Source of the DNA: an uncultured bacterium
GTDB lineage: Bacteria > Babelota > Babeliae > Babelales > Vermiphilaceae
NCBI GenBank assembly: GCA_963702025.1
Contig: OY969699.1
Span: 576,001-640,000 of the forward strand
Direction: 5' to 3'
Length of the DNA stretch: 64,000 bases
Under the pieces are notes generated by a model, which saw only the letters and a list, made by a program, of their open reading frames with translations, was not told the DNA's origin and ran no database searches. Positions 39,520 through 48,614 of the stretch are shown here, in pieces (the first letter of the stretch is position 1; each line of letters starts with the position of its first letter). The position numbers and the translations under genes are program-made.

Positions 39520-40110
39520 ATGTTAAAAACGAATCGAAAAACGGCATATCCTGTTGAGCCGCTCATTCTCAATCGCTGGTCGGCGCGCGCATTTTCACAA
39601 GAACCAATTTCCGATGCTCAGTTGATGACAATCCTTGATGCCGCTCGCTGGGCGCAAAATTCTTTCAATAATCAACCGTGGCGCTTTATCTATTCACGTA
39701 ACGGTTCTGAATCTTGGAAAAAATTTCTCGATCTTTTAGAGCCCGGTAATAAAATATGGGCACAACAGGCGCGCGTTTTGGTTGTAGTAATTTCTAAAAA
39801 AACGTTTGATTATGATGGTAGTCCGAGTGTCACCCATACTTTTGATACTGGTGCTGCTGCACAAAATATGGCCCTGCAAGCTGCCAGTATGGATATTGTG
39901 TGCCATGGTATGGAAGGGTTTGATTATAGCAAAGCAAAAACGGTTCTTAAAATTCCTGATGATTATAAGGTTGAGGCGATGTTTGCAATTGGCAAGTTAG
40001 GTAATAAAGAAGGCTTACCGGAAAAACTGCGTGAGCGGGAAAAACCGTCTGATCGTAAACCGTTGCAAGATGTTGTTTTTGAAGGGGAATTTGGCACTCA
40101 CTCATCCTGA
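39520..40110 (+). CDS. nitroreductase family protein
   Basis: RWSARAF, AARWA.NSFNNQPWRF, FDTGAA, HGMEGFD. Confidence 0.93.
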   Translation: MLKTNRKTAYPVEPLILNRWSARAFSQEPISDAQLMTILDAARWAQNSFNNQPWRFIYSRNGSESWKKFLDLLEPGNKIWAQQARVLVVVISKKTFDYDGSPSVTHTFDTGAAAQNMALQAASMDIVCHGMEGFDYSKAKTVLKIPDDYKVEAMFAIGKLGNKEGLPEKLREREKPSDRKPLQDVVFEGEFGTHSS

Positions 40111-40164
40111 GCTGGTCGAAGGATGGTTCGATACGATGCCTTTGGCATCACTCACCATGAACGG
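40099..40164. repeat. palindromic repeat family A (copy 4), bracketed by a 16-bp direct repeat
   Basis: ctcatcctgagctggtcgaaggatggttcgatac-[gatgcctttggcatc]-actcaccatgaacgg; tttgaaggggaatttg occurs at 40078..40093 and 40172..40187. Confidence 0.88.
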
Positions 40165-40188
40165 AAAGTTATTTGAAGGGGAATTTGT

Positions 40189-40380
40189 ATGATGGATAAC
40201 GCAAAATATAACAAAGTAAAAGTATTATATGATCTGAGCGCACTCTGCTGGTTCATTGAAAAGCACGCACTTGCGGATGCAAAAAAGGCAAATGATAGTG
40301 AATGCATTAAAATGCTTGAGGAACTCAAAAAGGATCTTGAAAAGCAGATTGCTGCATTTGATAAAAATGCCTGTAAGTAG
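40189..40380 (+). CDS. small hypothetical helical protein
   Basis: GAAGGGGA RBS; 63 aa; operonic between the nitroreductase and the beta-barrel gene. Confidence 0.7.
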   Translation: MMDNAKYNKVKVLYDLSALCWFIEKHALADAKKANDSECIKMLEELKKDLEKQIAAFDKNACK

Positions 40381-41308
40381 TGGACATGAAAAGAAGTTCA
40401 TTTTTTTTGCATCTGTGCTCTTGCTCTTTCCTCATGCCGATCACGGCTACGGGCTTCCATTTGTAGCTCTTGGCTCATCAAGCTTCTTAGACGGCGGTCC
40501 ATTGCGGCAAATTCCCGGTTGGTATTTTCAATTTTTTAATCAAGTCTATACTACACATCGGTTTTTAAATGATGAAGGGGAGCCGCTGGGTGGTGTTCCT
40601 TCACCACGGTATACGGGTTGGTTAACTGCTTACCAGCTTATTTATCTTTCTAAAAAAGATTTTCTTGGTTTAGGAAATCTTGGTTTTGATATTGCGCTGC
40701 CAGTAGCATTTTATTCACGAGTTCAACCGAATCAGTTAGGCATAAAAAGCAGTGGCAGTGGATTTGGTGATTTGCTTGTTGGGGTGTTTGCGCAAGGACT
40801 GCCGATTTTTCGGGGTGATAAACCACTCTATGTGCAACGGCTTGAATTTTCTATCTCTATTCCATCCGGCAAGAATCAGCTACCAAGGTTTACGATCAAT
40901 CCAGGTAATGGTGTATTCTTTATGAATCCCTATTGGGCAGCAACGCTTTATCTTGATCGCTTTTCGGCATCATGGGAGATTCATTATCTGTGGGTAGCCT
41001 ATAACCATCGCATTAACTTAAAGGCCGGCGATGCGATTTATGGCAATTATGCCCTGGCATATCAAATGACTGAGCATCTATTTTTAGGCATTAACGGGTA
41101 TTTCTTGCAACAGATTAAAGATAACAAACTCAATAATATTATTATTCCTGATAGTCGCGAGCGAGTTTTTGCCACAGGGTTTGGCGGACTATATACTTTT
41201 AAGCGCCGTTTTGCAGAAGTTCTACTGGTTAACTTTTATTGGGAAATGGCTGTCAAAAACCGTCCACAGGGTTTCAGATTTCTCTTGCGCTACCTGAGAC
41301 ACTTTTAA
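40367..41308 (+). CDS. COG4313/SphA-like outer-membrane beta-barrel, paralog 1
   Basis: LGSSSFLDGGP, SGFGDL, PSGK, INPGNG, GINGYFLQQI, VKNRPQG; terminal Phe. Confidence 0.8.
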   Translation: MPVSSGHEKKFIFFASVLLLFPHADHGYGLPFVALGSSSFLDGGPLRQIPGWYFQFFNQVYTTHRFLNDEGEPLGGVPSPRYTGWLTAYQLIYLSKKDFLGLGNLGFDIALPVAFYSRVQPNQLGIKSSGSGFGDLLVGVFAQGLPIFRGDKPLYVQRLEFSISIPSGKNQLPRFTINPGNGVFFMNPYWAATLYLDRFSASWEIHYLWVAYNHRINLKAGDAIYGNYALAYQMTEHLFLGINGYFLQQIKDNKLNNIIIPDSRERVFATGFGGLYTFKRRFAEVLLVNFYWEMAVKNRPQGFRFLLRYLRHF

Positions 41309-41340
41309 TAATTTAAAATCGCTCAAAAATTACGCAAAGC

Positions 41341-41408
41341 GATTTTCATTTATCAATAATCTTTTTTATTATTCTCGATGAGTGGTATATTTTTTAGCGT
41401 ACTAAAAA
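41341..41408 (+). promoter_or_regulatory. duplicated upstream/promoter block (copy 2)
   Basis: Matches 39426..39495. Confidence 0.65.
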
Positions 41409-41425
41409 TAGGTCATTGATAAAAA

Positions 41426-42460
41426 ATGCTTGCGAATAAGAAATTCATGAAAATAATTTTAAAGTTTCTTCGAAAATTTTTAGCGGTTTGTTTTGGGCGC
41501 ACGGTTTTGCGAGTTGAGAAAGACAAAAGAAAGCGAACGGAGATCTCAATTTATTTTGCGACCCTGCTCATGCTTTCTCCTTGCGCAAATCACGGCTACA
41601 ATATTCCTTTTGTAGGGCTTGGTTCGTCAAGCTTCTTAGATGGTGGACCATTGCGGCAAATTCCCGGTTGGTATTTTGAGTTTTATAATTTTTTTTATAC
41701 CACGCATAGATTTTTAAATAATGAGGGAAAGCGGCTTGGTGGCATTCCCTCGCCACGCTACACGGCTTGGGGACCAGCCTTTGAACTTATCTACTATTCT
41801 CAAAAGGATTTTTTGGGGTTGGGCAACCTTGGTTTTGATATTACTCAGCCCGTAGTGTTTTATTCTCACATTCAACCAAATAAGCTTGGGATAAAAGACA
41901 GCGGTGGCGGATTGGGAGATTTGTTTGTTGGTGTTTTTGTGCAATCGCGCCCATTTTTTCGGAGCGATGGCGAACCATGGTATGTGAACCGGCTAGAATT
42001 CTCTGTTTCTTTACCGACGGGTAAATTTCGGGGTAGGGCAGACACTATCAATCCGGGCAACGGTGCATATTGGTTCACCCCGTATTGGGATGCAACGCTC
42101 TATCTCGGCAGATTTTCTGCTTCATGGGAACTTCATTATCTGTGGGTAGGCAAGAATCATCATACCCACATAAGGGCAGGCGATGCTTTTTATGGTAATT
42201 ATGCCTTTGCCTATGAGTTAACGGAAAAGCTATTTGTAGGTATCAATGGCTATTTTTTGAAACAGATTCACAATGATACATTGAATGGCGTCACTGTTCC
42301 GAGCAGCCGTGAACGCGTGTTTGCCACCGGAGTTGGCGGTCTTTATACATTTAATCCACATTTTACTGAAGTAATCTTGTGCAACTTTTTTTGGGAATTT
42401 GCAGTGAGAAACCGTCCACAGGGCTTTCAATTCTTGTTTCGGTATCTTAAGCACTTTTGA
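41426..42460 (+). CDS. COG4313/SphA-like outer-membrane beta-barrel, paralog 2
   Basis: Colinear and highly similar to 40367..41308; terminal Phe. Confidence 0.8.
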   Translation: MLANKKFMKIILKFLRKFLAVCFGRTVLRVEKDKRKRTEISIYFATLLMLSPCANHGYNIPFVGLGSSSFLDGGPLRQIPGWYFEFYNFFYTTHRFLNNEGKRLGGIPSPRYTAWGPAFELIYYSQKDFLGLGNLGFDITQPVVFYSHIQPNKLGIKDSGGGLGDLFVGVFVQSRPFFRSDGEPWYVNRLEFSVSLPTGKFRGRADTINPGNGAYWFTPYWDATLYLGRFSASWELHYLWVGKNHHTHIRAGDAFYGNYAFAYELTEKLFVGINGYFLKQIHNDTLNGVTVPSSRERVFATGVGGLYTFNPHFTEVILCNFFWEFAVRNRPQGFQFLFRYLKHF

Positions 42461-42490
42461 TGAAAATAATAGCTTTTAAGCCGTTCCCCT

Positions 42491-42515
42491 GTTCATCCTG
42501 AGCTTGTCGAAGGAT
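42491..42515. repeat. family A half-unit
   Basis: gttcatcctgagcttgtcgaaggat. Confidence 0.8.
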
Positions 42516-42658
42516 CGTAATCGTATTAGCGAAATAGAATAATTCAAAAAGAAATATGATATTGGAATTGTCTTTAAAAGTGGGCCTTTTGACCATTCTT
42601 CTTTTTTAGTTTATGGTAAAAGATGTACATCATCCCGTTATTCTAATTTGGAGGCAAC

Positions 42659-43432
42659 ATGCCCAAACGGCTTAAATTTTCTACTATTTTTGCAACGATC
42701 GCCCTCGGCATTTCTTTAATTCTGCCGGTAAATATCATTAATGCGTACCCCTTATCACCCGAATCAAAAAAATTCATTGCCATTATGGCTGCCCTTGGTG
42801 GCACTGCAGGCGGTTTGATCGGTTATCTTGCTTCAGATAAACCATACTATTATGATTACCAAAAACCAACAACTTTGTGGGGCAAAATAAAATCATTTTC
42901 CTGGAGTTCCGTGCTTATTCCAGCCGGATTTGGTGCCGCAGCCGCTGCTGGCATAAGTTATTTTTGTACGTATGAAAAAATTTTAGAGCGAGCAGTTACA
43001 GGTCTTGAAAATACCGAGCTTAAATTGGTAGTAGAAAGTTCCGATCTTGCTGAAGTAAAAAATTTGTCATTCAGAGAAAAATATTCAACGGCTGCTGCAT
43101 ACGATAGATTAAATCGCGTATATGACTCGCTGATATCGCTGAAAGATAGTTTGATTAAAGTAACTAAATCGGGTATTCCATTACTCGTTTCGGTGGCACA
43201 TGCATGTTTAGATCGTCTGGCCAATTACGAAGCTAAAGTAAGAGAATGGCTCATTGCGATGAAAAATGATCCGAAGTTGTTACAAGAAACAATGCAGAAA
43301 GCAACTATCGAGACACAACGGCAAATGGCATATGCCCAGCAACAACAAGCGTATGCACAACACCAATTAGCTACTGCAGCATTGGTCAATGCGTTTAAGC
43401 CAAATCAAGTTGTAGTTGTTCAAAACAAGTAA
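42659..43432 (+). CDS. hypothetical membrane protein with Gln-rich C-terminus
   Basis: GGAGG RBS, signal peptide, two Gly/Ala-rich TM segments, AYAQQQQAYAQ. Confidence 0.75.
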   Translation: MPKRLKFSTIFATIALGISLILPVNIINAYPLSPESKKFIAIMAALGGTAGGLIGYLASDKPYYYDYQKPTTLWGKIKSFSWSSVLIPAGFGAAAAAGISYFCTYEKILERAVTGLENTELKLVVESSDLAEVKNLSFREKYSTAAAYDRLNRVYDSLISLKDSLIKVTKSGIPLLVSVAHACLDRLANYEAKVREWLIAMKNDPKLLQETMQKATIETQRQMAYAQQQQAYAQHQLATAALVNAFKPNQVVVVQNK

Positions 43433-43459
43433 AACAATATTTCGTATTTGGAGGAATTT

Positions 43460-43954
43460 ATGAAATTATTACGATACTTATTTATTTTTCTATTGGTGCC
43501 GTTAACCACTGCTTCGATGCAGGTTGCTCTCTCTACGCATCAAGAGCTGCCGGCTCTCTTAGACAACTATTACCAAGAGCATAAAACAACATTCGAATCA
43601 AAAATTTCAGCCTTTAAGCAAATGCTTGAAACACTAGACTTACTCTTAGAGAAGGATGTTGAGCTTGCTCTTCTTGATGAGCAAGAAATTCATTACCTGC
43701 AAATCTGTTTAAAATTTATCACTGAACTTGCGCAACAGTATCCACAATGGAATGCTCGGCAAACAGCAGAATGCAGCGAAGAAGAATTATTTGCTCTCTA
43801 TGATGCAGGCTTTATAGGAGCTATGAATTATCACCAATTTAGAATATTGTTTTCTCTTTCATCATTGTCTGATGACGAAAGAATTGCATTTGAAAAAGAT
43901 TTAGCTGACTTTCTTTATAAGAAACTGGCGCATGAACAAATATCAATAAACTAA
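43460..43954 (+). CDS. secreted hypothetical protein (array type A)
   Basis: GGAGG RBS; signal shared with the 44707 gene. Confidence 0.72.
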   Translation: MKLLRYLFIFLLVPLTTASMQVALSTHQELPALLDNYYQEHKTTFESKISAFKQMLETLDLLLEKDVELALLDEQEIHYLQICLKFITELAQQYPQWNARQTAECSEEELFALYDAGFIGAMNYHQFRILFSLSSLSDDERIAFEKDLADFLYKKLAHEQISIN

Positions 43955-44000
43955 TCACTACTCTGAGGATTTATCTTCTACATACCAATAAAGGATCACC

Positions 44001-44681
44001 ATGAAAAAAACATTACTTTTATCACTGCTTATTTCTTTTTCAGCGTTAGCAAATGATAACTCCACGGTTCTCTATTTGAAAAATAATAAGCGATTTATCA
44101 CTAGCAATGAAGTGGCTCAGGTGCCGAAAGAATCTCTTTCAAAGTTGTTATTGTTTCCTGATGAGCTGAGCAAACAAGAAGCCTGTCTTTTTACTAAGCT
44201 CGTTGATCTTTATATGAATGATGAAGAGTGCGAAGAATCAATAATGGCTAAAGTTCTTGATACCTTAAATTCATTAAGTCTTCATACTTTAAATTCATTT
44301 TTAGCATTTAACAGTGCGTTTCTTATGCATTTTGCATTTAAAATGGATAGCGAGGACAAGCTTGATATTTCGGCATTTTGGGATTTATACCTCACGAGTG
44401 ATTCCGATATAGAAGAGAGTGAGTGTTGGCTACAAGAGATGGATATGGATATTTCAACAAGTCCAAATACTCCATTAATAGCTATTATTTCCTCATATAC
44501 GCCATTAATGGCTCGTTTTGATCCTGCATTGCCCGTAATACAAAAATATAAAGATTTTCATCGTAATGTAATGAGCTACGCCTTTGAATATTTAAAAACA
44601 AAGTATAACGTTCAAACGAAACCAGACGTGCCTAATTATCCTCCTGTTCGCACATATCATGATTTTGTTGTGCCAAAATAG
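44001..44681 (+). CDS. secreted hypothetical protein (array type B)
   Basis: AAGGA RBS; signal MKKTLLLSLL; C-terminal KPDVPNYPPVR. Confidence 0.72.
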   Translation: MKKTLLLSLLISFSALANDNSTVLYLKNNKRFITSNEVAQVPKESLSKLLLFPDELSKQEACLFTKLVDLYMNDEECEESIMAKVLDTLNSLSLHTLNSFLAFNSAFLMHFAFKMDSEDKLDISAFWDLYLTSDSDIEESECWLQEMDMDISTSPNTPLIAIISSYTPLMARFDPALPVIQKYKDFHRNVMSYAFEYLKTKYNVQTKPDVPNYPPVRTYHDFVVPK

Positions 44682-44706
44682 AATCAAATATATCTAATGG
44701 AGACTT

Positions 44707-45252
44707 ATGAAATCATTAAAATATTCAGTTATTTTTCTATTGGTGCCATTGATGGCCATTGCGGTTAATAGTGATATACCTTCGAATGACGAAGAATTAT
44801 CTGCATTGCTTGAGCGGCATTATGAGGGCCAGATATACCAGCAATTAATTAATGATCATTACCCGCTCATAAAAGAATTTTATATTAAGCGCGAATTGTA
44901 TAAATCATGGCGGTGCATTATATGGCGCGGTGAAGATATTACTTTTAAGGTGTTGGCCCATTTTGCTCACTCATACGTTGAACAAGATTCCAAAGAGTTT
45001 CATCGCATGTTGCAAAGTGCAGATGGTGACTACATTCTTAAGCAAGCGGAAGCTATTTTTAACCAAGCTAAAGATTTATGGCTCTGGGGTTATCCAAAAG
45101 TTACCTTAATTGAAGCAAAAATATTGGCTTGTTTTGTAGAATCATATAATGCATTGCGGTACAAAGATACCAATCTGAAAGAAAAAGATACTGCGCATCA
45201 TTTTGCATTAGCCTTAACGGACTATATGTGCTCTCAATTAAATAAAATCTAG
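44707..45252 (+). CDS. secreted hypothetical protein (array type A')
   Basis: GGAG RBS; IFLLVPL signal and ELxALL motif shared with 43460. Confidence 0.72.
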   Translation: MKSLKYSVIFLLVPLMAIAVNSDIPSNDEELSALLERHYEGQIYQQLINDHYPLIKEFYIKRELYKSWRCIIWRGEDITFKVLAHFAHSYVEQDSKEFHRMLQSADGDYILKQAEAIFNQAKDLWLWGYPKVTLIEAKILACFVESYNALRYKDTNLKEKDTAHHFALALTDYMCSQLNKI

Positions 45253-45361
45253 TTTTTAATCTTAATTTAACCTCAAGGGGTTTACTATGACTAAATTATT
45301 ATTACTTTCACTCTCACTGATTGCATTGCCAGCATTTGGCGATCCTTATAAAAAAATAGAT
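45163..45361 (+). repeat. about 200-bp direct repeat (copy 1)
   Basis: Repeated at 45711..45911; covers the 3' end of the 44707 gene, the intergenic region and the next signal peptide. Confidence 0.95.
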
Positions 45362-45712
45362 TTAACATATACTGCACAAACCGAGTTGACTGTTGAAGAG
45401 AATGAAGTTTTTGAAATTTGCGGATCACAAGGAAATTCCCCATTTCATTGGGAGATTTATGAGATTCCAGAAAATTTTAAGATTTTAAGCTCAAGAGAAG
45501 AAAATGATGCTCGTGTTTGGACGATTATTCCTCAAAATGTTGGAACATTTAAAGTAGTTATAAGTCGAAATGAAAATGTTCATGATGCTGAAGGTTTTCT
45601 TGATGAAAATTATATAGAGGATAGAAGCATCAAAGTTGTGGTAAAGCCAAAGACTCCCGATTATGAACCCCTGAGAATTAATTATTATCGTAGTTGGTCA
45701 CAATATCCATAA
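45287..45712 (+). CDS. secreted Ig-like protein, possibly chagasin (I42)-like
   Basis: Signal LPAFG-D; VEENEVFEI..PFHW..VWTIIPQNVGTFKV pattern; lacks the canonical NPTTGY. Confidence 0.65.
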   Translation: MTKLLLLSLSLIALPAFGDPYKKIDLTYTAQTELTVEENEVFEICGSQGNSPFHWEIYEIPENFKILSSREENDARVWTIIPQNVGTFKVVISRNENVHDAEGFLDENYIEDRSIKVVVKPKTPDYEPLRINYYRSWSQYP

Positions 45713-45911
45713 AGAGACCAATCTGAAAGAAAAAGGTACTGCGCATCATTTTGCATTAGCCTTAACGGACTATATGTGCTCTCAATTAAATAAAATCTAG
45801 TTTTTAATCATAATTTAACCTCAAAAGGGATTTACTATGAATAAATTATTATTGCTTTCACTTTCATTAATTGCATTGCCAGCTTTTGGTGATCCTTATA
45901 AAAAAATAGAT
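45711..45911 (+). repeat. about 200-bp direct repeat (copy 2)
   Basis: Matches 45163..45361. Confidence 0.95.
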
Positions 45912-46250
45912 GTAACGCATCTTGAAAAAGCGTGCATATGTGTAGAAATAGATGAGCCATTTGAAATTTGCGCTTCAAAAGGAACCTGGCCATTCCATTG
46001 GTGGATAAATAAATTTTCTGAGGGTCTTGAGATTAATGGCTTAAGGGTAGAAAATGATGCTAAGGTATGGACCATAGTTCCTCAAGAATTAGGGACTTTT
46101 AAAATAGTTTTAGGTAATAAAACTCGTGATGCTGGAATCTGTGACGTGTATTATGAAACTATTATTAAAGAAATAAAGATCACTGTAAAACCAAGAGCAC
46201 CGCGCTATCACCCAGAATTCCCCGATAATAACCATATCAGACCTATGTAA
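45837..46250 (+). CDS. secreted Ig-like protein, paralog of 45287..45712
   Basis: Near-identical leader; roughly half of mature residues identical. Confidence 0.7.
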   Translation: MNKLLLLSLSLIALPAFGDPYKKIDVTHLEKACICVEIDEPFEICASKGTWPFHWWINKFSEGLEINGLRVENDAKVWTIVPQELGTFKIVLGNKTRDAGICDVYYETIIKEIKITVKPRAPRYHPEFPDNNHIRPM

Positions 46251-46273
46251 TTAAACGCATAGCAAGAAATAAG

Positions 46274-46311
46274 AATAAAGCCCGCGGATTATTTTCTGTG
46301 GGCATTATTTT
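46274..46311 (+). terminator. intrinsic terminator
   Basis: gcccgcgga/tctgtgggc stem followed by a T-rich tail. Confidence 0.55.
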
Positions 46312-46462
46312 GAATTGTGTTTGTGTTAGATAAATTCCTCAACCGAACTCTTACTTGCTAACCTGCTTATACTTCAGAAATCTATGGCCTTTAGGCCTTG
46401 TGTTTTAATAATTAAGTTTTTTTGTTAAAAATCTAATGATCCCAGCAATTTTTTGTCTACTC

Positions 46463-47935
46463 TTAAGCATTCTCTATTTTACTTCTGCACAAGGGGCATG
46501 GCTGCTTTACTTCCTTTATACGATCAAGGCAATCGGAGCAAAAGTTGTGTTTGCAATGTGTCTGGATATTCGCAAAATTGTCATTGCAAATGGGGCATTC
46601 TTCATAGCCCAATTTCTTATAATCAATAGAAAAGGTTTTAACCAGGTTTTGCTTGATGGTAGGGTTTGAAAAATTTTTAAAAATATTTACAAATGTTGGT
46701 GATGAAAAAACTTTTTCGGAGGGTTCATCTTCTAACCGTTTAATAAGAAGAAGCTCTAAGGCGCTAATTGAATGTTCAGTTTTTTTAATATTAATTATAT
46801 AAGCACCATTTTCAGTTCCTGCTGCAATAGTATTGCCATCACTGCTTATGGCAACGGATTGAACAGATTTATTTGCCGGTGAAAATAATTTAAAACATGA
46901 GTTTTTTGTACGATCGAATAAAACTATACCTATATTGGTTCCTAAAATAAGATTATTGTTATTCCATGGGCTTATTCTTGCTGCATTTATAGAGAATGGC
47001 GCTTCATTTCGAAATCTTACAGAAATTGTATCATCGCTTGTTTTTATAAGATAGGTCATAGTGCCATCGCTAGCCAAGAATCTATGATTACCATCGGGAG
47101 AAATATCTATATCGGCAATATTTTGAAGATCAGGATTAATTTCAATGGCCTTTGTTTTATAAGTGTTATCTTGAACCTTAAGGTACATAATGACTATTTT
47201 TGAATCGGATGCAAAAATAAAATTTTCTCCCGCTGCATCGGCTGCAAATCTTTTGATCTGAGTAACAGCCGGGGATAAATTAAGAGGGAATTCAAACTTC
47301 TTAGTGAGATCAACTAAGACGCATGAAATTTTATCACCATTTGTCTCCTCAGTGAATCGCCACTTGCCATTGGGTGAGATGGTTGAGAGTAATGCTGCTG
47401 TATCGCGAGGTAACAGGGTTAAATCTTTGGTCTTTAACGCTAATTGATAGAAACCTTTATTGTGGGCACATACAAGCATGTCATTGCCGCTAAAAGCTAT
47501 TCCATTAAGTGGAAGGGGATAGGTATTTTCATATACATCATCACCCCATCCTTGTTTCTTTTGTAGTACTTTTAATTTATTTCCATAAGCGATTGCCACT
47601 GCCGTGCCATCGTGATTCAAGGCAATGTGGTGTGCCGCTTCGGGCAATGTAACAACCGTAGAGTTATCTTTGGACACAATTCTTTGTGTTAAAGGTAATG
47701 GCTTTGCTGCTTGCACCAGATCATCATGATCAAGTCTATGACCGAGTTTGAATAAAAGAAGCTTATTTTCTGCAACCAGGGTTGATCGAGTTTTTTCTTG
47801 CGTTTCTTTATCAGCTTTAGTCAGTTCGGTAACTTTTGTTTCCCATGGATCTTTTTGTTCTAGATTCTTATCCATGGCAGTGAGAGAGCAAATAGAGAAT
47901 GTAGCAATAATTAGTGCATATTTTTTTGGTATCAT
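46463..47935 (-). CDS. secreted WD40-like beta-propeller protein with C-terminal C3HC4 RING finger
   Basis: Blades IALNHDG, IAFSGND, ISPNGKW, ISPDGNH, ISPWNNN, AISSDGN; RING CPIC-x10-CKH-x2-CSDC-x10-CPLC; signal ends SLTA-MDK. Confidence 0.88.
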   Translation of the reverse strand: MIPKKYALIIATFSICSLTAMDKNLEQKDPWETKVTELTKADKETQEKTRSTLVAENKLLLFKLGHRLDHDDLVQAAKPLPLTQRIVSKDNSTVVTLPEAAHHIALNHDGTAVAIAYGNKLKVLQKKQGWGDDVYENTYPLPLNGIAFSGNDMLVCAHNKGFYQLALKTKDLTLLPRDTAALLSTISPNGKWRFTEETNGDKISCVLVDLTKKFEFPLNLSPAVTQIKRFAADAAGENFIFASDSKIVIMYLKVQDNTYKTKAIEINPDLQNIADIDISPDGNHRFLASDGTMTYLIKTSDDTISVRFRNEAPFSINAARISPWNNNNLILGTNIGIVLFDRTKNSCFKLFSPANKSVQSVAISSDGNTIAAGTENGAYIINIKKTEHSISALELLLIKRLEDEPSEKVFSSPTFVNIFKNFSNPTIKQNLVKTFSIDYKKLGYEECPICNDNFANIQTHCKHNFCSDCLDRIKEVKQPCPLCRSKIENA

Positions 47936-48257
47936 AGAGTCTCTTTTATTGTTTTTAAATTTTTTTTATAAAATTAATTCTTGAATAGAAGTAAACACTT
48001 CAACAAAATTACAAATAAAATTATCATGTTAGATTGGATGAGTCAAATGCTTCCTTTGGTGTGTTAATTATGAGAAAAAAAATTTTGTTAAAATTTGATT
48101 TAAAGGGCTTAATGTTGTGTGCCCAATTTTTTTTGATGTTATTTTTTATCGATATTTTAGCTATCAATCTTATTTAAAATGAATTACAATAAACTAAACT
48201 TTCAATTTATCCAGAAATATAACTACTAAGCAAACATCTTTTTAAAGGAATTTTGCT

Positions 48258-48596
48258 ATGCACAAGAATTCACTATCATTGTTATTGCTTCTTGTTGGCT
48301 TATCATGCCAAATCTCTATGGTTGGTAATACATTTCAAATAAATACCAAATTTTATATCAATGATGGGACTATTAAGGCTAGCACGATAAACATTAACAC
48401 AGAAACTATAAGCGGTTCCGGGGTTATTGAGGGAAAAAAGATAACTATAACCTGCGATAAATTTGACTTTCAAGGTTCAATTGTTTGTACTGAAGAGTGT
48501 AACATCTATGCAAAAGAAACCTTCGATCCTGATAAAGTAAAATGTTCCGGCGGCGGTAAATTTACTGCTTACATTTCTAATCTTAATGCTCAGTAA
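48258..48596 (+). CDS. small secreted beta-rich hypothetical protein
   Basis: AAGGA RBS; signal peptide; NDGTIKA/GSGVIEG beta-helix-like repeats. Confidence 0.65.
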   Translation: MHKNSLSLLLLLVGLSCQISMVGNTFQINTKFYINDGTIKASTININTETISGSGVIEGKKITITCDKFDFQGSIVCTEECNIYAKETFDPDKVKCSGGGKFTAYISNLNAQ

Positions 48597-48614
48597 ATTA
48601 CGCATCAGAAATTA

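Noticed and set aside
40386..40408. Out-of-frame ATG plus T8 tract as a phase-variation switch for barrel paralog 1 (T9 would give MKRSSFFFASV)
   Set aside because: The in-frame ATG at 40367 matches the start context of paralog 2, and T8 runs are common in this AT-rich DNA. Cannot be fully excluded without reads.
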